From an uncultured Pelagibacteraceae bacterium (GTDB lineage: Bacteria > Pseudomonadota > Alphaproteobacteria > Pelagibacterales > Pelagibacteraceae): 64,000 nucleotides of DNA. The stretch is taken from positions 27,251 through 91,250 of the forward strand of contig CACHFP010000002.1 in the NCBI GenBank assembly GCA_902579115.1, read 5' to 3'. The notes under the pieces are model-generated. The model worked only from the letters and a program-made list of their open reading frames with translations, searched no databases and had not been told where the DNA came from. This document shows, piece by piece, positions 57,365 to 64,000 of this stretch (position 1 is its first letter; each line of letters starts with the position of its first letter). Made by a program: the position numbers and the translations under genes.

Positions 57365-57741
57365 TACGCAACGAATTTATCTAAATTAGGCTCGAAATAA
57401 TTTGGCCCTTTCATAACTTTCCCTTTATCGTTATAAATCGGCTTACCATCCTCTCCTAATTTGCTCATGTTAGAGTTTTGTACTTCCTCGAAACATTTAT
57501 CCAAGTTTATTCCAAAGGCATGGCCAGCGCCATAAGTAACATATAAGATATCGGTTAAGGCATCTGCAACCTCTTTGATATCTTTCTTTTCAATTGCTTC
57601 TCTGAGTTCCCCTAATTCCTCTTTAATTAAATCGTATCTTAAAGAAGTGATTTTATCATTTGGAAATTCAGCTTTTTTCTTAACTTCTTGTCCAAAAGTT
57701 TCCATAAATTTTCTTACACTCTCAAAATTAGTCATTTTCAA
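57364..57741 (-). CDS. MazG-like nucleoside triphosphate pyrophosphohydrolase (all-alpha NTP-PPase)
   Basis: The EELGELREA ... EVADALTDILYV pattern of E.LGE/E..D metal-binding helices. Confidence 0.6.
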   Translation of the reverse strand: MKMTNFESVRKFMETFGQEVKKKAEFPNDKITSLRYDLIKEELGELREAIEKKDIKEVADALTDILYVTYGAGHAFGINLDKCFEEVQNSNMSKLGEDGKPIYNDKGKVMKGPNYFEPNLDKFVA

Positions 57742-57794
57742 TCCTTTTAATTTATAAATACTTAATTTAAGTGTATTATATCAAAGAATCAGTC

Positions 57795-59183
57795 ATGAAA
57801 TACAGAATAGAATTCGACAGTATTGGAAAAATTAAAGTGCCTGGTGATAAGTATTGGGGTGCATCTACTGAAAGATCTAACAAATATTTTAATATTGGAG
57901 ACTTTCTTGTCAGACCATTAGTTATCCACTCAATAGCAATAATAAAAAAAGCTGCTGCCATAGTTAATGCAAAAAATAAAGATTTAGATCCAAGACTAAG
58001 CAAATTCATAATAAAAGCTGCTGAAGAAGTCATAAAAGGGAAACTTGATAACCACTTTCCTTTGAAAGTTTGGCAGACCGGTTCTGGAACTCAAACCAAC
58101 ATGAACGTTAATGAAGTTATAGCAAATAGAGCAATTCAAATGATGGGTGGTAAAATGGGCTCAAAAAAACCTGTACATCCTAATGACCACGTTAATAAAT
58201 CACAATCTACAAATGATGTTTTTCCAACAGCTATGCATATAGCGATTGCATTGAAAACTAGAGAAAAGCTTCTACCTTCTTTAAAGTTGTTAGAGAAAGA
58301 AATTAAAAAAAAATCAAAAGAATTCAAAAATATAGTAAAAGTTGGAAGAACTCATTTACAGGATGCAACTCCACTTACTCTAGGACAAGAATTTTCTGGA
58401 TATCACTCACAATTAAAGAAATGTATTTTAAGAATAGAGGAAGCTATTAAAGAAATTTATAATTTAGCTCAGGGTGGAACCGCGGTTGGTACAGGATTAA
58501 ATACTAAAAGAAATTTCGATAAACAAATTATAAGAGAAATTAGTAAAATAACAAAACTTCCTTTTAAGCCTGCAAAAAATAAGTTTGCTGCTTTAGCGGC
58601 ACATGATGAAATTGTTAATTTCTCAGGTACATTAAATACTACAGCGGTATGCTTAATGAAAATCGCAAATGATATTAGATTTTTAGGATCTGGACCAAGG
58701 GCAGGTTATGGCGAACTTATTTTACCATCCAATGAACCTGGGTCTTCCATAATGCCAGGAAAAGTAAATCCTACTCAATCAGAGGCGGTTACAATGGTTT
58801 GTGTAAAGGTTATTGGAAATCATAATGGTATTACTATGGCAGGTTCGCATGGACATTTTGAATTAAATGTTTTTAAACCTCTTATAATTCATAATATTTT
58901 ACAATCGATTGAAATTATGAGCGACTCAGCAAAAGCATTTGCTCTTTATTGCGTCAAAGGAATAAAAGCAGATAAAAAAAGGATTAAAAATTTATTAGAT
59001 AATTCTTTAATGTTAGTTACTGCTCTTGCTCCAAAAATTGGTTATGATAAAGCTACTTTAATAGCCAAAACAGCTTACAAAAATGGGACTACTTTGAAAG
59101 AGGAAGTAATAAAAGCTGGTTTGATAAAAGAAAAAGAATACGACAAAATAATGAGTCCATTAAAAATGACTAAACCAAAATAA
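57795..59183 (+). CDS. fumC: Fumarate hydratase class II
   Basis: [16 protein letters not shown] signature, plus [11 protein letters not shown] and [14 protein letters not shown]. The ATG at 57795 is preferred over the GTG at 57771. Confidence 0.9.
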   Translation: MKYRIEFDSIGKIKVPGDKYWGASTERSNKYFNIGDFLVRPLVIHSIAIIKKAAAIVNAKNKDLDPRLSKFIIKAAEEVIKGKLDNHFPLKVWQTGSGTQTNMNVNEVIANRAIQMMGGKMGSKKPVHPNDHVNKSQSTNDVFPTAMHIAIALKTREKLLPSLKLLEKEIKKKSKEFKNIVKVGRTHLQDATPLTLGQEFSGYHSQLKKCILRIEEAIKEIYNLAQGGTAVGTGLNTKRNFDKQIIREISKITKLPFKPAKNKFAALAAHDEIVNFSGTLNTTAVCLMKIANDIRFLGSGPRAGYGELILPSNEPGSSIMPGKVNPTQSEAVTMVCVKVIGNHNGITMAGSHGHFELNVFKPLIIHNILQSIEIMSDSAKAFALYCVKGIKADKKRIKNLLDNSLMLVTALAPKIGYDKATLIAKTAYKNGTTLKEEVIKAGLIKEKEYDKIMSPLKMTKPK

Positions 59184-59185
59184 TA

Positions 59186-60589
59186 TCAAAGAACCTCATT
59201 TATAAATTGTTTAATTTTATCTTCATCTATAATTTTTATTAGACCTTCATTTAATAATATTTCTTGGAAAATGTTTTTAAAATAAATCAAGTCCTCTTCA
59301 TTTGTAATTATTTCTTCACCAATTTTTAAACTATTAAAGTTTATTTTATTGTTTTTTATATTTATATATCCTTTAGACTCTATATTAATAGAATCATTTT
59401 TATTTTTGTAATTAATTGAAAATTCTTTTAAAAATTTCTTTTTATCTTCAATGTTAAATGAACATTTAAAGTTTAAAATTGGAAATTCATCAAATAAATT
59501 TATATTACCCGAACATCTAGCTTTATCATTTTTTATGAGAAAACTTTTAGTATAATCTAAACGACCGTAAGCTAAATTTGTTTTTACATTTAAATTATTA
59601 ATGAGATTTTTCTGTAATTTTTTATCTCTGAAAATAAAACTATTTCTCATATTTAGATTTTTTAAAAAATTTTTATATTTTAAAAGATCTGAATACTCAA
59701 AGCTCTCAAATAAATTTGTATCAATGTTCTTAATAATGAAATCTGCTGAGGCTTCAAAAAAAGGTTTATAATTAATTAGAGACTTATTATCAAAAGATAA
59801 ATATTTATTTCTAAAATAAAAATCAAAAATTTTTAATTTATTCTCATCTAAATCAAAATTTAATTTCAAATTTGTATCTAAAACTTTTGCTTTTAGTAAT
59901 CCAGAATTTGCACTATTTTTATATTTATCATTAAGTTTAATATCGAATATTATTCCAGTGTTATAAAGCTTAAATTTAATATTTTTGTTATTTTCTCTAA
60001 AAGTAGATTTAAATTTCCTTTCAAAAATCTCACCTTCGAACGAATTCTTTTTAAGACCAAAATTTGAATATTCTAATTTTTTTAATTCAACTAAAAAAAT
60101 TTCCTGCTTTTGAATATTTAGATTTAAATCTTCTATTATAAGTTTTTTGTTTTGGTTTAAAATAAATTTTATTAAATCTGTAAAATTATTAACATCTACA
60201 TTTATGAAACTTTTATTAAAATTGATTTTTTTAATTTCTAAATTTGAAAAATTATAAATATTTTTTATTTCCGTGTATATAAAGAAGTTTTTTGCTTTAA
60301 TAATTGTTGCGCTATCTTCATTATAAAAAGTTGAATTTACAATCTCAAAATGAGGGGTGGGAAAAATGTTATAATTCATTACTTCATAAGTTCTTAAATC
60401 TATGTTGAATTCTTTTTTTAAATTACTTTTTAGTAATTGAATCTTTGTTTTATGATCCAAAAATTTAGGAATTATAAAAAATAACGATGTAAAGATAAAA
60501 AAAATTCCAAATAGATACCTAATATAAAAAATAAACTTGAATAGATTGTGATAATTACTGTGAATTCTTTTTATTATTTTATTAATCAT
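59186..60589 (-). CDS. AsmA-like / hypothetical membrane-anchored protein
   Basis: N-terminal TM segment, then a long Asn/Lys/Ile-rich region. The start at 60589 (MINKII) avoids the overlap with the divergent uvrD. Confidence 0.4.
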   Translation of the reverse strand: MINKIIKRIHSNYHNLFKFIFYIRYLFGIFFIFTSLFFIIPKFLDHKTKIQLLKSNLKKEFNIDLRTYEVMNYNIFPTPHFEIVNSTFYNEDSATIIKAKNFFIYTEIKNIYNFSNLEIKKINFNKSFINVDVNNFTDLIKFILNQNKKLIIEDLNLNIQKQEIFLVELKKLEYSNFGLKKNSFEGEIFERKFKSTFRENNKNIKFKLYNTGIIFDIKLNDKYKNSANSGLLKAKVLDTNLKLNFDLDENKLKIFDFYFRNKYLSFDNKSLINYKPFFEASADFIIKNIDTNLFESFEYSDLLKYKNFLKNLNMRNSFIFRDKKLQKNLINNLNVKTNLAYGRLDYTKSFLIKNDKARCSGNINLFDEFPILNFKCSFNIEDKKKFLKEFSINYKNKNDSINIESKGYINIKNNKINFNSLKIGEEIITNEEDLIYFKNIFQEILLNEGLIKIIDEDKIKQFINEVL

Positions 60590-60632
60590 TTTTTTATTTT
60601 TATAACTAGTATATAAATGAAAATTCTCACTT

Positions 60633-62678
60633 ATGAATGATATAGATAAATTAATTGAAAACCTAAACAAAGAGCAAAAAGAAGCGGTTCTAAATACAGA
60701 AGGTCCAAATTTGATTGTTGCAGGTGCCGGATCAGGAAAAACTAAAGTTTTAACTACAAGACTAATTCATATTATAAATCAAAAAAAAGCTTGGCCTAAT
60801 CAAATACTTTGTGTGACATTTACAAATAAAGCTGCGAAAGAAATGCAGAATAGAGTGATACAACAAATAAAGGGAAGCTCTAATGCTGTTCCATGGTTAG
60901 GAACTTTTCATTCTATTAGCGTTAAGTTTTTGAGAAGGCATGCAGAGGCTTTAGGGTATAAAAGTAATTTTACTATTTTAGACACCGATGATCAAAAAAA
61001 ATTAGTGAGAAATATTGTTAAAAGTGAAAACTTAGATGCGAAAAAATTTTCACCTCAACTAATACTGTATCATATAGATCAATGGAAAAATAAAGGTCTG
61101 TTACCAAAAGATATAAAATTGCAAAAGTCAGGTTCATTGCTTAAATCAATTTTAAAGGTTTATGAAATTTATCAAACCAAAACAAAGGATTTAAATGCTT
61201 TTGATTTTGGAGATTTAATTATGTTCTGCGTAAAACTATTTGAAGAACACAGAGATATTAAAGAAATTTACCATAATAATTTTAAATATATTTTAGTAGA
61301 TGAGTTTCAGGACACAAATTTTATTCAAAACAAATGGTTAAATTTACTCGTTAACAAAAATCAAAATATTTGTTGTGTAGGTGATGACGATCAATCAATC
61401 TATAGTTGGAGAGGTGCTGAAATCAAAAATTTTCTTACCTTTGACCAGATTTATAAAAATTGTAAGGTATTTAAGTTAGAGCAAAATTATAGATCAACAA
61501 AAAATATTTTAGAAACCGCTTCAAGTTTAATATCAAACAATTCAAGTAGAGTGGAAAAAAAATTGTGGTCTTCAGCAAGTCAAGGTGAATTAGTAAAACT
61601 AAATTGTTATAAAACGGGAAAAGAGGAAGCTCAAGGTATCAGCGATATTATTGAACAAAAAATCAAAAAAAAATATTCTTTAAATGATGTCTCAATATTA
61701 GTTAGAGCTATTTATCAAACTAGAGAATTTGAAGAAAGGTTTTTACAAGTTGGTATTGGATACCGTGTTTTAGGAGGGATAAAGTTTTATGAAAGGGCAG
61801 AAATCAAAGACGCAATATCATATTTAAGAATTATTAATCAAAAATTTGATGATCTTGCTTTAGAAAGAGTTATTAATAACCCAAAAAGGGGGGTTGGGGA
61901 AAGTACTCTCAATCAAATTTACACATTTGGAAAAGCTAATAAATTATGTTTAGAGGACTCTATTATTAAGATTATTGAAGACGGGGGTTTTAAACCAAAA
62001 ATTAAAACTACACTTAATCAATTGATTAACATGATTATAAAATGGAGGAAAGACTCGCTTAGAATGAAGCATTTTGATTTATTGAAACTTGTGCTTGATG
62101 AATCAGGATATTCCTCTGTTCTCAAAAATAAAAAAGATTTAGAAAATGAAAATAGATTAGAAAACTTAAAAGAATTGCTTAGAGCTATGCAAGATTATGA
62201 CAATTTACAAAGTTTTCTAGAACACGTTGCTTTGGCTACTTCAATAGACCAAGAATGGGAAGGTGCTAAAATAAATTTAATGACAATGCATGCTGCTAAG
62301 GGCCTCGAATTCGATGTGGTTTTTCTACCTGGATGGGAAGAAGGCTTATTTCCTCACCAAAAATCATTAGAAGAAAAAGGTGATTTTGCATTAGAGGAAG
62401 AAAGGAGATTAGCTTATGTGGGTATCACTAGAGCAAAAAAAGAAGCTTACCTCTCATTTGCAATGAAAAGAGCTTACCATGGAGATTGGATGGATGCTTT
62501 ACCATCTAGATTTATTAATGAAATACCTGATGAAAGTGTTGAAAAAAACGAAATTAACGACTTCGAAAATGAGGATTTTGATTTTAATCAAGATAATGGA
62601 ATAGAATTTAATGAGGAATATAGAAGCCCTGGTTGGAACAGATTTAAAAAAAATAAAATGTTGAAATGGAAAAAATAA
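60633..62678 (+). CDS. uvrD: ATP-dependent DNA helicase, UvrD/Rep/PcrA family
   Basis: Helicase motifs AGAGSGKT, TFTNKAA, VDEFQDTN, YRS, GLEFD and VGITRA. Confidence 0.9.
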   Translation: MNDIDKLIENLNKEQKEAVLNTEGPNLIVAGAGSGKTKVLTTRLIHIINQKKAWPNQILCVTFTNKAAKEMQNRVIQQIKGSSNAVPWLGTFHSISVKFLRRHAEALGYKSNFTILDTDDQKKLVRNIVKSENLDAKKFSPQLILYHIDQWKNKGLLPKDIKLQKSGSLLKSILKVYEIYQTKTKDLNAFDFGDLIMFCVKLFEEHRDIKEIYHNNFKYILVDEFQDTNFIQNKWLNLLVNKNQNICCVGDDDQSIYSWRGAEIKNFLTFDQIYKNCKVFKLEQNYRSTKNILETASSLISNNSSRVEKKLWSSASQGELVKLNCYKTGKEEAQGISDIIEQKIKKKYSLNDVSILVRAIYQTREFEERFLQVGIGYRVLGGIKFYERAEIKDAISYLRIINQKFDDLALERVINNPKRGVGESTLNQIYTFGKANKLCLEDSIIKIIEDGGFKPKIKTTLNQLINMIIKWRKDSLRMKHFDLLKLVLDESGYSSVLKNKKDLENENRLENLKELLRAMQDYDNLQSFLEHVALATSIDQEWEGAKINLMTMHAAKGLEFDVVFLPGWEEGLFPHQKSLEEKGDFALEEERRLAYVGITRAKKEAYLSFAMKRAYHGDWMDALPSRFINEIPDESVEKNEINDFENEDFDFNQDNGIEFNEEYRSPGWNRFKKNKMLKWKK

Positions 62679-64000
62679 AGAAAATTAAAGTAGCATTAAA
62701 AAGAGAAAATATAGATGGTTATATAATTCCAAAAAACGACGAATTTTTCGGGGAATATATACCAGATCACAATGATAGACTTAGTTATATTTCAAATTTT
62801 ACAGGTTCATATGGATTTTCTCTAATACTTAAAAACAAAAATTATTTATTTGTAGATGGAAGGTATACTTTACAGGCAAAAAAGCAAAGTGGAAAATATT
62901 TTAAGGTAATTACGTTTCCTCAAGTAATGCCAAGAGAGATATTAAAGAAAAAAAAATTATTAATCGGATTTGACCCTAAGCTTTTTACCAAAAAAACTTT
63001 AAGTATTTTTTTTGCAAAAACTAATTGTGTATTTAAACCTTTAAATCAAAATTTAATTGATCAAATATGGAAAAGAGATAAAGACATTACTGCTAGTAAA
63101 TTCTTTAATCTACCTGACTATTCTGTAGGAGAGCAATACAAATCTAAAATCAATAAAATTGTTTCTTATATAAAAAGAAAAGGCGCTGATTACTTATTTA
63201 TCACAGCAAGTGAAAATAATGCTTGGCTTTTAAATATTAGAGGAGGAGACTCAAAATTTGCACCTATTCCACAAAGTTATATTTTGATTGATAAAAATAA
63301 GAAATTAAAGTTTTTTTGTAATTTAAAAAAAACTTCTACTTCTTTTAAGAAAAAATTTAAAGAAGTTCAGTTTATTGAAGCTGTTTCTGCAGGTAAAATT
63401 TTGTCTCAAATAGAAAAAAAGAAATTTATAATAGATAGAAACACTTGCTCTATATATTATGAGAAATTTATTTTAAAAAATAATAAAATACTTGCTTTTG
63501 ATGATCCTATTTACAATTTAAAAGCAATAAAAAATAAAAAGGAAATCAAAAATATTAAAAATGCACATATTTCTGATGGGATAGCATTAACAAAATATTT
63601 ATTTTGGCTAAAAAATAATTTTTCTAAAAAAAAAATAACCGAAATTAGTGCTGCACAAAAATTACTAGAATTCCGAAAAAGGAGTAGAAATTTTCAAAAT
63701 TGTAGTTTTCCTACTATTTCAGGATCTGGCCCAAATGGTGCAATTATTCACTATAAAGCTACAATGAAAACAAATAGAAAACTAAAAATTGGTGACATTT
63801 ATCTAGTTGACTCAGGTGGTCAATACAAATTTGGTACAACAGATGTAACTAGAACTATTTCTTTAAACAATTCAAATAAAAGAATTAAAGATATTTTTAC
63901 AAGAGTTCTTAAAGGACATATTGCTGTTTCAGATTTTAAGATAAAAGATAATACATCAGGTTCTAAAATTGATTACATGGCCAGAAAATATTTGAAAGAA
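62666..64000 (+). CDS. pepP: Xaa-Pro aminopeptidase (M24 family, creatinase-like N-terminal domain); 3' end off the window
   Basis: Not in the ORF track because it is open at the window edge. Hand translation gives MEKIKKIKVALKRENIDGYIIPKNDEFFGEYIP ... FTGSYGF ... NGAIIHYKAT ... DSGGQYKFGTTDVTRT. The start overlaps the uvrD end. Confidence 0.75.
   Translation, partial: MEKIKKIKVALKRENIDGYIIPKNDEFFGEYIPDHNDRLSYISNFTGSYGFSLILKNKNYLFVDGRYTLQAKKQSGKYFKVITFPQVMPREILKKKKLLIGFDPKLFTKKTLSIFFAKTNCVFKPLNQNLIDQIWKRDKDITASKFFNLPDYSVGEQYKSKINKIVSYIKRKGADYLFITASENNAWLLNIRGGDSKFAPIPQSYILIDKNKKLKFFCNLKKTSTSFKKKFKEVQFIEAVSAGKILSQIEKKKFIIDRNTCSIYYEKFILKNNKILAFDDPIYNLKAIKNKKEIKNIKNAHISDGIALTKYLFWLKNNFSKKKITEISAAQKLLEFRKRSRNFQNCSFPTISGSGPNGAIIHYKATMKTNRKLKIGDIYLVDSGGQYKFGTTDVTRTISLNNSNKRIKDIFTRVLKGHIAVSDFKIKDNTSGSKIDYMARKYLKE

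Noticed and set aside
50377-57741. Whether the accessory region is a prophage or a conjugative element remnant.
   Set aside because: There are no capsid, terminase, tail, replication, relaxase or integrase-like ORFs. All genes are small and mostly encode membrane or secreted proteins.
60590-60670. N-terminal 27-residue extension of ORF 59186-60670, and similar extensions at 57771-57794, 26505-26531 and 55333-55356.
   Set aside because: The extensions overlap divergent genes or repeat elements and precede better starts (a Met followed by a signal peptide, or a conserved N-terminus). Shorter gene models are used.

Overview
The window looks like a streamlined, very AT-rich alphaproteobacterial chromosome segment. 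SAR11/Pelagibacterales is my inference, based on composition, very high coding density, frequent stop/start overlaps, a permuted tmRNA gene and the gene content. About 50 kb is ordinary core genome:
- two Liv-type ABC amino-acid importers
- a TctCBA tripartite transporter with a CsiD/GlaH-like oxygenase, and AzlCD
- grx, two msrB genes and ccdA
- cysE, gshA, gshB and a riboswitch-led metY
- the mreBCD-mrdA-rodA cluster plus a bactofilin
- leuA and ilvC/H/B
- miaA, degP and hflKC
- mrp, thyX, fumC, uvrD and pepP

The unusual part is 50.0-57.3 kb. A circularly permuted (two-piece) tmRNA gene with tag ANQKFALAA is followed by about 6.4 kb cut into seven small modules. Each module is closed by a same-orientation copy of the tmRNA gene's 3' end. 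Two junctions carry a 122-nt, 94%-identical arm with three helically phased CGGACTCA repeats. No recombinase gene is present in the array. The cargo is:
- a two-nuclease pair
- a thrice-repeated secreted protein family
- several small membrane proteins
- a type I toxin-like 18-codon ORF

The second point of interest is the metY leader. It has a SAM-II-like element with explicit terminator/antiterminator pairings. Downstream is an SD-sequestering hairpin and two tiny ORFs stop-start coupled into metY.

All protein calls come from motif and family recognition by eye. No searches were run.
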